Assembly (NCBI GenBank): GCA_964016885.1
Contig: OZ024741.1
Coordinates: 388,926,001-388,990,000 of the forward strand
DNA length: 64,000 nt
Source: Eledone cirrhosa
Lineage: Eukaryota
Direction of reading: 5' to 3'
This document shows, piece by piece, positions 29,949-44,295 of the stretch. The number at the start of each line of letters is the position of its first letter. Position 1 is the stretch's first letter. A program made the position numbers and the translations under genes. The notes beneath the pieces were generated by a model. It saw only the letters and a list, made by a program, of their open reading frames with translations, was not told where the DNA came from and did not search any database.

Positions 29949-30166
29949 TATATAAACAACTATCTGGTTGTGGAACCAACCAACCAACCAGAAATTTATA
30001 AGTTTGTAGATTTGTAAATTTATAAATTTATAAATATATAATAAATTGAAGTGAAAGCAACTGGTGCGTGTGTTTCTTATTGGCAACATGACCCTCCCAA
30101 AGTATAACAATATATTTATATATATATATATTTATATATATATAAATATATTGTTATACTTTATAT

Positions 30167-30213
<47 letters not shown>

Positions 30214-31027
30214 CACACACGGTGCAGACGTGGACGTATATTAAAAAAGTTTACTTTGGTACTAAGTTTATTTCCACTGAGGCATCTTCGGTAGCCCAAG
30301 TAAAATTGAGTTGATGAAAACTATGATTTAACACAATGGCCTGGCAAACGTGTGCTTTTAGCAGTCCACCCTGTTTTATGCATATGGACCAGATCTCCAG
30401 TTTGTGGATTACCAATGGGTTTCATAGAGGCCCTTCAATAGGTCATGGACATTACACTTCCTTCTTTGACCAAGCCATAAAATATATATAATTATTATAT
30501 ATACCAATATTATATATACCAATAATTATTATATATTTAATTCACAAGTACTGTAAATAGTTGTAGATTGTATCTCTTCTCTTTTGTAGTTAGAAAGAAA
30601 AGTTTTTCACTAACAGGTTTTTAAATTAACTGCTATAATGATTAGTGAGTAATGTTAGTATACGCTTTAATGTTTTTCTGAAGATGGATAGTCTACTGAA
30701 GTTCTTTCTAATCTTTCCTATAATAGATATGAAATCTGAATCTAGCAGCTATTGAACTAACAGTTTCTGTAATACTTAATGTTAGGCTATATTTTATTTT
30801 TTTATTTTTTTACTTTACTTTTCCTTCAATCTATTCCATTTTTCTGATACAATGTTGTTAGAAATTCAACTAAATACCTATTGGACATATTAGAAATATG
30901 TAAAGATTTTTTGTTGTGTGAAAATGAAAGAAAATTGGTCTATTTTCATTAGACCATTTTGATACCATGTTGCCTGCAACTACCCATGGTTCTATGATAC
31001 AAAGCTGTTTATATTTAGCTAAAGCCT

Positions 31028-31370
31028 TTCTTCTTCACCCACATATTCCTGAGAGAGTCGTGGAGGCAGAGTCCATAAACATTTCCCTGCAGTGAGTCCT
31101 GTCAGAAGCAACCATCTACAATTGATCCTGCCAAGCTTATGAATGGTTTGTTTTGTCCATCAAATCTGTCCAGTGATTCTTTCTTGAGACATTCTAACCA
31201 CATGCCCTTAATATTGGAGCTGTGATCTTTCAATTCAGAGAAGCAGTGGCTTTACCTGGAGCGACTCTCTCATCTCAAAGCTGTGTGCGCACTCTATCGA
31301 GTAAAGTTACTCCGAAGACCCTTGGAAGAACCCCATTTTGGCCGCTTGTATTTGTCATCTTCTATCATAA
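31028..31370 (-). mobile_element. Expander/Rex3-like RTE 3' fragment
   Basis: Reverse complement of the 4500-4996 family; begins ttcttcttcaccc. Confidence 0.7.
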
Positions 31371-31639
31371 TTCTATGTGATAACCTTTAACTTGTTCCAA
31401 ACACCTGCTTAATAATGAGAAACCGGAACTGTATATAATTTGCACTGATATAAAGATAAACATATAACTCAAATGAATTTATATTGATAACAGTCGCTAA
31501 GACAGTAAGCATGCACATACACGTACATCTGATCCGCACACAGAGGAGCCAACTCCCACTGTCATCACCTCCATCTCCCTTGCCTTCCCCCATCTCTCAT
31601 TATTATGAACAAATGGGGTTTCATACACTGGCCGCCCCA

Positions 31640-32095
31640 TGGCCGCAGTAGACAGAATAAAGAAGGCGTTTCCCCAGAGGATGGTAAGGGAGATGCGCTG
31701 GAAGAGCCATTCTATTTCGTGAGGCTCACACCTGTGGCTCACCAGCTCAGAGCCTATGGTGTAAAGTAGGGAGGTAGCCCTACGGCCAAGGACACCAGAA
31801 GTCTGCACTGCTAGGGACTTGATTGCAAACCTGTTGGAGAGCCACCAATACTGGGAGAGTTTACCCTCCTCAGCCCGAAGTGCAGTAGAACCTGGGTCAG
31901 TTGCAGATTGCACTAGGTTGCTGCTGGAAAATGTATTGCTGCATGTGGCATCCCAGGCAAGCGGTTTACCATTGCGGAACGGGAAGATGGTCATGCCGTC
32001 TGGCCTTTTGCCATTCCCTCAGTCCAGCCCCACTGGCTCAAGCTGAGAGGGGTAGCCTGCAGCATCCAGGCCATGCTTTATGACCTCATTGAGAA
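31640..32095 (-). mobile_element. CRE-like non-LTR retrotransposon fragment, restriction-like endonuclease region
   Basis: EPVGL..GNGKRPDGMTIFPFRNGKPLAWDATC...AEEGK..Y...AVQTSGVLG...FQRISLTILWGNA, a PD-(D/E)xK type RLE pattern. Confidence 0.75.
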
Positions 32096-32499
32096 AGTTA
32101 TATTGCTAAATCTTTTCAAATTCTTGAGCATTTGCAAAATTATTTGGAAATTATAAGCAGTGACTTTCATTAGAAATATAGCAACAAAAAGGTTTAAATA
32201 AGGAATATTTAATTTTTAAAATGCTGTATTACACAAAAATGTTGTAATTATTACTAAATTTCTTGCTTTAGGTTCTATGTTTAAAATAAAAATCTGAAAT
32301 CAGTAGGTTTTTGTATGAAACCTACTGATATTTCTATACTAAAGTGTATGGAACCATCTTGATGTGATACTATAAGAATATGGGCATTACTTAAAATTCT
32401 GTTTTTTTTTTAAATCGGAATTTTAATAGGCAAAGCACACATTCTTGACAAAATCTGCTCTTTTTTCTGGCAAAAAAAGAAAAAAGTGATGCTAGTGTG

Positions 32500-32767
32500 G
32501 CGGCATATGACCTAGTGGTAAAGGTGTTGGACTTACCATCATAATGTTGTGGACTGGGTTATGTGTTGTGTTCTTGAGCAAAACACTTCATTTCACATTA
32601 CTCCAGTATACTTAGTTGACAATGAGTTCCATCAATAGCTGGAGGTTTAACCCTGTGATGGACTGGCGTCCTGTTCAGTGGGGCTTCTTGTACTCTTAGT
32701 TGATTAACACCACAGAAACTAAGATAAGCATCAGCCTGATGAGCCTCCAGGCTCGAGACAGACTTTA
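32500..32767 (+). mobile_element. SINE family B, near complete
   Basis: tgacctagtggtaaaggtgttgg head, ttgagcaaaacacttcatttc, aaccctgtgatggactggcgtcctgt, tail ctgatgagcctccaggctcgagacagacttta; another decayed copy at ~37585-37790 (-). Confidence 0.7.
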
Positions 32768-33926
32768 GAATTTAGAATTATTATAAGTGTTAACTGTTAC
32801 ATTCATCATACAGAAACATTTTGTTCTTAACAGTTTATGTATTGGAGATTCATATTTTCTCACCTGAAATATAGTTTACACAGAGTATGTTGATAGTATA
32901 CAAGATCATGTATTGTATTTACTGTTAGTAGGATCTCGATATAACTCCAATAGACTCAGTTCAAGGAAGAACCTTATCATCACCACTGCTGTCACTGTCA
33001 CCAACATTACCACCATCATCACCACTAAAATTTGTTAAATTCAGTCAAATTGTTTCGGCCGTGTTATGTTAGCCAATTTATTCTCTCTTTTCTGTTCTCT
33101 GCGCAAAGGACTGCCTTTTGCTCAGTATGCATTATTTTTTTCCTGAATTGAATTGTCAAACCAAACTTCTATAATGGCACTCACTCTGCTAGTTTAATTG
33201 TCACTATTATTGCATTGACACACCCAGGAATTGACTTTATGCTTCTATTTGAGATATGGTTCTTTTAGATGACTTAAATTAAAAGTATTTTCAAGCTCAC
33301 TTGTTTCTCCAATTATTTCATCCCCAAGGCTTTGTGAACACTGCTTTATTGTATTCTATTTGAAGCTATTTAGAAATGGAAAGGTGACAATATGTGCTCT
33401 GATCAATACATATTTATACAGCAACTGCAAACATTGCCAATATTCAGTTAAAAAATTAAAATTTTGGAAAGTTCAGAAAGAAAATCTATGTTCCACTTTT
33501 ATATTTTTTTCTCTTTTTGATTCACTTTTCTCTTTTTCTGTTCCCCTCTCTCTCTTTCTTCCTCTCTTCACTCTACCCCCCCCCCTTCTTTTGTTTTCTG
33601 CCTTTCTCTCTCTCTCCCTCTGTCTCCTTCTTTCTTTGTTCTGATGCTCTCTTGTGTGTGCACAGATGTACAATAATACTCAGCTTGTACATCTTTCCAA
33701 AATGTCAAGTTATAATCCCATTATTACATTTAAAAATAATTGAGTTAGTAAATGTCAAAGTGAATAAATAATATAAATTATAATCATTGTAGAACCTCAC
33801 ACATGTAATCGACTAAGTTGAAAAACTTCAATTTTAGATTATCCATAAAGTTGGCAGGGAAAAATTCATAGGGTTTGTTTAAAATCTAAAAGGAATAAGC
33901 AAAGGAGATAACTACAATGAAATCAA

Positions 33927-34140
33927 TTAACCCTTAATGTTCTGTACCGCATGGAACCACATTAGCAAGACATTCTTAAAAAGTATAAAACAGTACTACT
34001 GTATAACTGTCAACTCTTTATTTTAATATTGCAGTTCTTCACAATGATCTGTAAATTAATAAAAACACTAAACATTGAAATTATCAAACTCCGTTTTTAG
34101 ACATTTTTATGTGAAATCATTACAGGAGGTTAAGAGTTAA
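33927..34140. mobile_element. TTAA-flanked MITE family 1
   Basis: ttaacccttaa...ttaagagttaa inverted termini. Confidence 0.7.
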
Positions 34141-34974
34141 TTGAAAGTTAGGAATATATAAATTGCATTATGGGAGTGTGCCTGGTATTTAAGTCAACTA
34201 GTGAAGCAACTGACATGTGTGGATCTTATAAGACCTCATCAGCAAAGCATATTTTACTTAGTTGGCAAGTCTAAGAGTGTTAAAATCCTTTTTTACATCT
34301 GTTTCTCCACAAATAACATTCTTTCATCATCTCTCTTTGAGGTTCAGTGTTTGAAGATCATTTCTAAGCAACTCTGCCCAGGTTTTTCTCAGTCTTCCTC
34401 TACTGCAATTTCTTTTCACTGGCATCTGACACCTCCTCACCTCTCAGTGTTCATCATCTATACATATCACAAACAGTTCTCTGAATGCACACTACATATG
34501 ATTCCTCTTTACTTAGTTCATCATGTTCTGTCATTCCTGCAGACTACACATCCAACAGAGTGTACTTCATTTCTCTGCAGGTTCTGTAAATCTTCTGGTA
34601 GAAATATAGTGCTGTTGTTTATTGATATTAACATATATACTTGTGTATAAGTCTAAAATATGTAAAAGAAAAAAATCAATGGTAAAATGAGGGGTTGGCT
34701 TATATTAGAGGTCAACATTTTGCTGATTTTTACCAACTTTAAATTCTATTTTATAATTTGAACTTTTTAATACATAAATAAACCATGCACATATATGCAT
34801 ATTGCATGCACATACGCACACACACAACATAAATGTATGCACACACACAACATAAATGTATGCACACACTCACACTTGCACTGACTGTTTTTCTCTAACT
34901 TAATATACTTTTTCTTTCAATCTTATGTAAGATTGAAATCTTACGTCTGACTTGTATTTTAGTGCTCTCACTCC

Positions 34975-34979
<5 letters not shown>

Positions 34980-35058
<79 letters not shown>
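34980..35058. repeat. (CT)n microsatellite
   Basis: Direct reading. Confidence 0.97.
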
Positions 35059-35061
<3 letters not shown>

Positions 35062-36624
35062 ATTCTCTCCCTTGCTGTGCCTCTTTCCTTCTACTCTATG
35101 AATCCTTCTTTATAAAAAGTGCTCTTATTCGATCTCTTACTTTCAACTACTCACAGCATGTGAATGGCTGGAAGTAAACAAAAATTCAGGAACTTGTGGA
35201 AACTATAAAAGAGATGAGATGGTAAAAAGTATTACGTAATGGAGTTGTGGAACAAAAACTATATTCTAAACAACACTTAAAACATTTTAAACATCAAAGT
35301 ATTAAAACTTCACAAGTATATTTTATACTCGTGATAATTTCAAAACCACACCATCTAAAAATAATGTGTTGATTAGCTGTCTTGGCTTATACATGGGGTT
35401 TGGACTTTTGCTTATTTCTCAGACATAAAATAAGTGGGGATTGGCTTATATTCGAGTATATATGGTAATTAACTTAGAGCTCATGGAAGATAGATCCATA
35501 ATGACTACTTTGATGTAAATAATAATATTTTCTTCTAAGTCTCTTCAGTGTTACTGAAAATTTATCCAAGTCTTTTGGATTGTTTTCATTTCTTATGGAT
35601 TTTTGTTGGTTGCTTTCACCAGTTAGCTTAAAGAGCTGATCCATTCCCATACTGCATTTTCTGTGTTTTCCCAAAATTTCAATTTACTGATTTTATTAGC
35701 ATTATTTGCCTTTATGCGTGTGTATGTATGTGTGCGTGTATATGGGATGTGGTAAATAAATATATACATTTGTTTGTGTTTTTCTTCTTTAGATTTTGAA
35801 CAACTCCAGAAGGACTTTTATTTAATTTTATATATAATCTCAGTTAATCAGTTTTTGAACTTGCTATAATTGTGTATGTGAGACTTTACCACACTTGTAT
35901 TTAATAAGTCTCCCTGAGATATATCTCTCAATCATGTTCTTAATATAAATTATAGATATGTGTAAATTCTTTTATTGGTTCTAGACATTCGACTGTGGCC
36001 AAGCTGGGGCACCATCTCCAAGGGCCTTTAACCAGTTGTATTGTACTTTGATACTTATTTTATTGACTTCAGAGGAGGACAAAATATACAGTTGACTGGA
36101 GCTAAGGAAAGGTAATTTAGACAGTAAGACAGAATGAAATACCAGTAGCTGTTTTTGTTCAATGCACCAATTTTGCCCTCCAACATTGATACATATGTTT
36201 GACAGGTTTCTGCACAATCTCCATCTATCAAATTTCACTCACAATATTTTGTCCAAGTTGTAGCACAGCAAGATCAAACCCCAAACAGTTGTGAAGCAAA
36301 CTTATTATTTTCTTATAAATAGTACGTTTGTTGAAATTTGCACTGTGCTGGGCAAAAGGCTCTTGGACTATTTACTTATGTTCCTTTATGTTTATCAATG
36401 GTTTCAAACCCTGCCACAATTAGCTTTAATTTTCTATCCTCTATGTTCAATCACAAATGTAATATGATATGGTAAGGTCCTATAACTTCTGATAGTTGTT
36501 GGAGCACCATAGTGGCATGTGGCATTTATTGGGCAGAGCCCATTGCTCTCCTGGTCTGAACATAAGATTTTTTCCAGAGAAGGATAGAAAATGAGGGAAT
36601 GGAAGTGAGAAAGAGATATAGAGA

Positions 36625-36785
36625 AAGAATCAACCCCAGTATCAGACTGGTGTTTCTTTATCGACCTTGGGAGGATGAAATGCAAAGTTGATTTGGTGTG
36701 ATTTGAACTCAGAGAACAGAGATCCTTAAAGAATACCACAAAGCATTCTATTCAGCATTCTAATGACTCTGCTAATTTGCTGCCT
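36625..36785 (-). mobile_element. Decayed SINE family A relative
   Basis: tttatcgaccttgggaggatgaaatgcaaagttga...gatttgaactcag; a further decayed + copy at ~36895-37080. Confidence 0.6.
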
Positions 36786-37859
36786 TAAATGAGATATACT
36801 GAAAGTTAATTCGAGGTAACATCCCACCCATTACAGGTTTGCAATCTTGTGCTGATTTAAGAGATAACTATTTTCCACCAAAAAGTGCAGTGAATGGTGA
36901 AATTGGTATTGTGATGATGAAATATCCTTACAGCATTTAGTTAACATTTCTTTACATTTTCAGTTCAAATTCCTCTAGGATTAACTTCACTTTCATTTAA
37001 CTTGGGCTTGATAAAATAATTATTGGTCTAGAGCGGCTTCCAATTAAAACTCCATTTGCCAAAATGTGTAACCCTGTACAAAATTTAAAATATTTTCTGA
37101 CAAAAAAATTCCTCACAGTTAAATCCTGTTATTTTGGATTAATGATCATTAATTGTTCAGTTTTTAGTTTGCTTAGAGATTATACATTTTTCTATTTATA
37201 ATTATGAATGCTTTCTCTTGTAATATTAGAAATCGAAGTAATATTTTCATTGATGCTCAATTAACTGGTTAATGACATGGAAAAATTCAATTTTGAAATC
37301 TACAAATTATAATTTAAATTTCATACATGACTAATATTTAATAAATTGGAACAATTTAATGGGATATCTAATGCTAAAATATTTTTATAAGAGCTGTTTC
37401 AAGCCTTATACTGTTCAATTATATAAATTCTATACAGAGCAGTCTTTTTTAAAATTATATTTTAAACCAAAATAATGGAATATATCAATAATTGCAATCT
37501 GGTAAATAATTAGGTTTCCTTTCCAGTATAGTTGGAAATACTGTTACTATGTTAAAAAAATGTCTTTCTTGAGCATAGAGGCTCTGAGACCAGAGCTTTA
37601 TCAGGTGCCATGTGGCACTAAGCCCCTGATAAAACATTAGTCTGTTACAAGCTTAACCTCAAACTACTGCTGCTAGTACACATTTTCAGCCAAATTGACT
37701 GAAGCTATGTGAAAAGAAGTGCCTGAGTCAGGGATTGAATCCACAACCTTACAATTGTGATACCAACACCCTAACTTTTAACTCATGCACTTTCACTAAA
37801 CTATTGCTATGAGGGACAGTAAATTATATTTAAAGAATTGAATTTACTGAAAGAATATG

Positions 37860-38210
37860 ATCATAAATACAAGCAATTGAAATGGGGTTCCTCTGAAGAG
37901 TCTTTGGAGTAACATTACTCAATAAAGAACATAGGTTGAAGAGTCACTCCTGGTAGAGCCACTACTTCTCTGAATTGAGAGATCACAGCTTGAATACAAT
38001 AGATATGTGGTTAGAATGTCTCAGGAACGAATTGCTGGACAGATTTTACAAGCAAAACTGGTCGGCAGAAGACCCAGGTGTAGACCCTGAGTAAGATGGT
38101 TGGATAACATTCATGAGCTTGGCTGGTCATGCTGGGGGATCCAGCTGGATCAGTTGGAAATGGTTACTTCTGACAGGACTTGCTGGAAGGAATGTTTGAG
38201 GACTCTGCCT
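37860..38210 (+). mobile_element. Expander/Rex3-like RTE fragment
   Basis: Aligns with 4610-4955. Confidence 0.75.
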
Positions 38211-38299
38211 TAACCCTTTAACCCTTTTGATACCAAATTGCATGAAACTGCCCTCAATTTATGATGCATAACTATTTATTTTAAAATATTTGTACTTAT

Positions 38300-38505
38300 A
38301 TCATCATTTTTATGTCCTTTACTCCATGCTGACATGGGTTGGACAGGTTCTTTTCTGCACATCATCTCTCCACTCGTCATGTTCCTTCGTCATCTCCTTT
38401 GTGAATCTCAGCGATTTGAGATCAGCTCTGACTACTTCCACTCAGGTCTTCATTGATCTACCTCTACTTTGTCTCCCTACCACTGGGATTTCTTGCAGTT
38501 GCATT
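38300..38505 (-). mobile_element. RTE 3' fragment related to 29515-29948
   Basis: catctctccactcgtca..tcc.tcgtcatctcc shared with 29585-29620. Confidence 0.7.
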
Positions 38506-38894
38506 TAAAATATGTTAATGCAAGGATTAACACATCTCTCTTCATTTCAAAAGTGCTTTCATTATAATATAACTCAGAGAATACAAAGGCATTGTGAAGG
38601 TTCATGTGGGAGATATTCTCACATGAATTCAGATCCTAACCATTGAGACCACTTTGATTTAAGTAATAGATTTTCCTCTAAATTTTCTCAATGTTGCCAA
38701 AACGCTATCTAATTTTTTAGGATTATCTTCAGTTTTCATTGATTCTCTGCATTGTAATTCTGTCTCAGCTAATAAGAATCTTATTATTTGTACACTTTTG
38801 GTATAAGGAGTTGTTTAATATTTTTTAGTTTGTTATGATAAATGATACATCAATATTGAGGACAGTGCAGTTTTATTGCTCATACTTTAATATT

Positions 38895-39280
38895 TGGCAG
38901 TATCAGTAGAGGGCTCGACAACATGCTTTGCAACATATAGTTATGCCCCTTTATGCTCTAAGTTCAAATCCTGCTGAGGTTAGCTTAGCCTTTCATCTTC
39001 ATGGGGTCGATAAAATAAAGTATCAGGAATGCACTGGGGTCCATTTAATCGACTTTCCTATTCCCTTCAAATTGCTGGCTGTGTGCCATCGGTGGATTGG
39101 CAGTATCGGTAGAGTGTCAGACATCATGATTTGCAGCATAGAGTTATAGCCCGTTACGTTTTGAGTTCAAATCCTGTCACAGTTAACTTGGCCTTTCATC
39201 CTTACGGGGTCGATAAAATAAAGCACCAGTAATGTACTGGGGTAATTGCTGTACTTATGCTAAAAGTAGAAACAATTATT
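38895..39280 (+). mobile_element. Two tandem SINE family A copies
   Basis: tggcagtatc heads at ~38896 and ~39098, each followed by gttcaaatcc and ggggtcgataaaataaag. Confidence 0.8.
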
Positions 39281-41039
39281 TTGTGTATTTTTGTTTTCCG
39301 TGCTTGTTCTTTTCATAATTGACTCTATCTAAATCCCAACTGTAATTTGTCCTTGTAATACTCCTCTCACAGAAAGAAATTATTATAGTTATACCCATTG
39401 TGACATTAGTCAGCTGCCCACACTCAAATTAAGAATCTTAGAGAACTATGATCCTCCATTTTCTTTAAAGGTCTTGTTATACCTGTCTATATAGTATACA
39501 TTGTTTTGATATATATTTCATTCTGATTTGATCTATTCTGGTTATGATAATTGGAGGATGATAATTTGGAGATGCCATAATTTGACTGAGTTATTTGCTT
39601 TTGCAATTGTTTAGATGAGATATTTCAACCATGAGCATCTGTTATATATACTGATCTATCTTTGTGATCATGTCCTAGAACTTGTTGGAAAGCAGTGTAG
39701 CATAAAAATATCTTCAGTGCTTTCTAAAAATGGGTGTTTCTTCAGCTAAATTTCTTCAGTCTCTATGATTTCTCCAGGCACTGTTAATGAATTTTGAGAT
39801 CCAGTCACAGACGATCAATAATATCACGGATGAAGACAAGCTCAAGTATGCTGCGGGCTGTGTTCAGTGGAAACCATTAATTTCTTTTGTGCTTTTGCCA
39901 TAAGGTTGATGTGGGAGTATACTAATGAAACATTTTGACTGTGCTTTTTCTTCAAGTAGACTGTAGCAACAAGTTGCAATCATTTACTCTACAATGCACA
40001 CACACACACACACAGTAATATTTAGCTATATTGTGAAGCTTTATTTCTCATGATAGGAATGTGTGTGTATATATATATATATATATCTATATATATATAT
40101 ATATAAAACCATGGTTTTCAAATTAAATCCATCTTTTAATTTCTATGTTCGTGATTCAGGTGATATTGGTACATGCATATGTAATCAATAAGTTAGTAAG
40201 AAACAGTTAATTAACAATTATTCATAAAGCATAATATATATAACATCCACATATCATCAGGTATTATGAAAAGGGATAGAATTAAACCAAATACAAATTT
40301 CAAGAACACAGGCAATAACAAATGTTGGACATTAACAATTACATAACATAAGCCTGCATTGAACTTTTCTCACCTTACCAAAAGTGATAGTGGAATACTC
40401 TGTTATAATCCCTTACATATATAGTTGGGGGTGGATGGACATTGACTGTGGAGTTCATCTGCCCGTTGACAGCTCTTGTTTTTGTGCTGCTGAGTTTCCA
40501 CTTATCTTCTTCACCAGAAAAGGGTCTGGTAGGGGAGCTGGTTTAGTCGCCAACCACCACTTGACCATGAAGCATTATACTGGACTACATGGTACCTGAC
40601 TGTGTATATATATATATATATATAAATATAAACTGCCACATGAATATACACTTGGTTAGCACACTGAGACAAGTTTTCTTATTGGGTGAGTAATTGTGAG
40701 CAAATAGGATTATAGTGAATATGTATACATATATAATACATGAATTTGTATATCTGGCAATGTACGGTATGTTTATAAATAAACATTTTGAAAGCCTTCA
40801 GCTATGAATTTGAAAACTGATGGCTTAGCGCCATCTAGTGTGTTCTAGCAGAAGCTAAGGACGGGTAGCTAGTACTCCCTACCCCTCTTGGTGCTGGAAC
40901 TTAACATAAGTGAAAACATAATTTAGAAGCCTATGTACATGGGCTGAACAGTCACATTTGCATATAGAGTATCATCAGCTGGCTTGGCTGGAAAGTAAAA
41001 TAAGGGTGTTAACTCTAACATAGCTTTGTATATGAATTA

Positions 41040-41379
41040 CTTGAATCACATTATGCAGTAATACAGAAGACGCCTTCTCATGCACACAGACTCAAATATA
41101 CACCTAGTAGGCACTGCTTAACCACTATGCCCCCACCTACTCTCTCCTGTCCACACTACCCTTACACGGAACTCAACATATCCAGTCCATACTGTAAAGT
41201 GGTCGGTCGTGCAGGTGTCATGACAAAAAGCACCCTGCCCACAGTGTAAAGTGGTCGTGTAGGTGTCACAACAAAAAGCACCTAGCCCACACTCTAAGGG
41301 CATCCAGCCATAAGACAAGCCGTCTAACCCATCCTAGTGTGGAAAATGGGTGTTAAACAATGATGATGATGATGATGAT
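41040..41379 (+). mobile_element. RTE 3' UTR fragment with (GAT)n tail
   Basis: Repeated ccacactgtaaagtggtcgtg units, aagggcatccagc, ccgtctaacccat. Confidence 0.75.
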
Positions 41380-41858
41380 AAGTCAAAATTATCATTTTTG
41401 TTTGTCCAATCTTTTGTATGTTATCTACAGAAGATAAGAGTACAGTGATTTCTTTTTCTTTTTCAAATCATATATTGTAGGTGCAGTTTTTTCTACTAAA
41501 ATATGATGTAAACCCTGCTTATTAGAACATACTAGTACATAATCCATTGTTTTACTGATTGAATAAATGATATTTGGTTTCTTTACTAAATTGAAATAAG
41601 GTTATGTTTATGGAATGTGTGCATATATATGCTGTAACTATAGGCCACAAAGCATGTTGTTCAAAGCTCTACTGATACTGCCTAATGAAGTATGAACAAT
41701 AAAACTACACAGTCCTCAACATTGATGTGTTAGATAGAAACGATTTCTACAGAATTAGCACTGTTTCAATCAACTGACTTGGTCTATAATGACCCATCCA
41801 TCTCATGCTAGCCGGAAAAAGGATCTATAAATGATGATGATGATTTGAAAATAATATA

Positions 41859-42535
41859 TATACGTGAACGGCAAAGCATAAACGAACTAAGGGAGAAATT
41901 AGGAATAAGAGGGATCAGATGATGTTTACTTGAGAGAAGACTACGTTGGTACGGTCACGTGATACGCATGAAAGACGACAGCTGTATAAAAAAGTGCAGG
42001 GCAATAAAAATAGACGGTAGCCACGGAGTAGGCAGACCCAGACAAACCTGGGACGACTTGTTAAATTTCGACCTCACACCTCTCCAAGACAATGTCACTG
42101 GACCGAGATCTTTGGCGATACACAGTAATACAGAAGACCCGCCTTGCCTAAGTACAAAGCGAAACCTACAGTCAGTAGGCACCTCTAACAAAATACACCC
42201 CGGCCCCACTACCCCCACCCCGTCCACACCACCCCCTTCCAATGTAAAGTTATGCTGGTACCACAGCATCCAGTCTGAAACAAATGAGGTCGTGTAGATG
42301 TCATGACAAAAAAACACACAGTCCACGCTGTAATGTGGCCGTGTAGGTAACACGGTAAAAACCTCCCAGTCCACACTTTAAACGTGGTTGGTGTTAGGAA
42401 GGGCATCCAGCTGTAGAAAACCCGCCAGACAGTCCTATACGAGCAAGACAACCAATCTTGCCTCAAGTGGGAAAATTCCCGTCCAAACCCATGCTAGCGT
42501 GGAAGATGGACGTTAAACGATGATGATGATGATGC
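41859..42535 (+). mobile_element. 5'-truncated RTE, same subfamily as copy 1
   Basis: Closely matches 18697-19390; in-frame stop and small deletion present. Confidence 0.92.
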
Positions 42536-42976
42536 TGTGTCTTTCATTAGAAACTTGGTAATGAATGGGTAAACAAACTACAGAATCAGTTACACAAAAA
42601 TGCATTACAAATAGGATTGTACATATAAATACACAACAATTGTTTTCAATTTGTTGTTAAATTAGTAATGCAGAATATTAAATACTCAGCAAATATGTAT
42701 CTTCATTTTTTACCTGTTAAGTGTACTTTCTTTTCCTAATAGTATGTTAAATATTTTTCCAATTTTGTAATTGAATAGGGAATAGAGTGCACATTGAATA
42801 TAGTCCTACATATTTTGTATTTCATATTTCACATATGTAAGTTATTCTTTGATTTTTCTAAAGATTAAATTGCCAGAATATTAAATATCAACTTCAGAAT
42901 TCAAATGCCATTTCTAATTGTTTTCTTATTTACTAATGTAGAATTTAATGTTTATAGGGTTTCTGGTCCCCCCCCC

Positions 42977-43007
<31 letters not shown>

Positions 43008-43574
43008 CCCCCCCCACACACACACATATTATCAACCCAAACATTTAAAAAAACTTTTTTATATTGATTGCTTGTCTTTATTCTGAAGCAACTTTTATCT
43101 AAATTTATCAGACATGAAAATATATATTTATAGATATAAATTACTATGATTACATTGTACACGACTAATAATATTGCAGAAACACAGCAAGCATATGTTT
43201 GAAATATAGATATCAGATATTTAATCATTACTTATTGATGAAAGTTACTTTCCAATTATAAGGTAGCTTTTGGCCCTTGCTGTTTTTCAACATATGTATT
43301 TTCGAATCTCTATCTAGTTTTACATTGTTAATTTCTGTTGATTTTTTTTTTTTTTTTAACACGTAACATCCTGTACCAAATGAAATCACATTAGCAAGAC
43401 ATTCTTGAAAAGTACAAATCAGTACTCTGACTACATCACATAAAAAATTGAAGTCTTTACTCTAATATTGTAAAACAAATTTCACAACAATCTGTCTACC
43501 AATAAAGATACTATAAATATAAGAAGAACAAGGGCATGTGCACCTAAGGATAACATATGCTACCTAAAGCTAGA

Positions 43575-44295
43575 TCACCATATTATAGTGTGGGCTGGGC
43601 ACTTTTTGTTGTGACACTTATATGACCACTTTACAATGTAGACTAGGCACTCATTGTTGTGGAACCAAAACACCCACTTTCCAGTGTGGACTGTGGACTT
43701 GGGTGGGGGAGGCAATGGGGATTGGGGAGGTAGAACTAGGAGCATAGGTGAGGGGTGGGCTGTTAGGACGTGGGAGGGGTGATGAAGTGTAAGGTGGCAC
43801 ACATTAGATGTATACCTCAGTCTCTGCAGATGGGAAGACGGCGCTTCTGTATCACTGCATAATGCCAGAGATCAGAGTCTTGTGTCATCGCCTTTGAGAG
43901 GTGCAATTGTGCAAGGTCAGCTTTTATCACTGCAACCCAAGTCTTTCTAGCTCTTCCTACTCCATAGCTTCCATCATCTTTTGAGTGCGCTACACCTTTT
44001 TATACAGCTGTCATCATCCATATACATCACATGTCCATACCAACGCAATCTCCTCTCCTCTCCTGCACATTGCATCAAATCACTCTTATGCCGAATTTGT
44101 CTCTCAGTTCAGTTATGCTTTGCTGTTCATGTTTATTACTTATTACACATCCATCAAAGCATGAAAGCTTCATTCCTTTTCAATTTTCGCAGGTCCTCTG
44201 CACACAGCGTCTAGGTCTCATGGCCATGCAGCATTGTTGTTCGTATACATGCATCATACAATCTGCCCTTCATTTTGAGGGAGAAACCTTTTGTA
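43575..44295 (-). mobile_element. Decayed RTE 3' part
   Basis: Reverse complement encodes KGFSLKMKGRLYDAC..TMLHGHET...RRLRWYGHV..MDDDSCIKRC plus 3' UTR repeats. Confidence 0.8.

Noticed and set aside
32735-32765. CTGATGA followed by a hairpin as a third hammerhead
   Set aside because: No GAAA core or stem I/III; it is the SINE family B tail.
39500-39980. Coding-looking stretch
   Set aside because: The frames I examined close quickly and show no recognisable motif.
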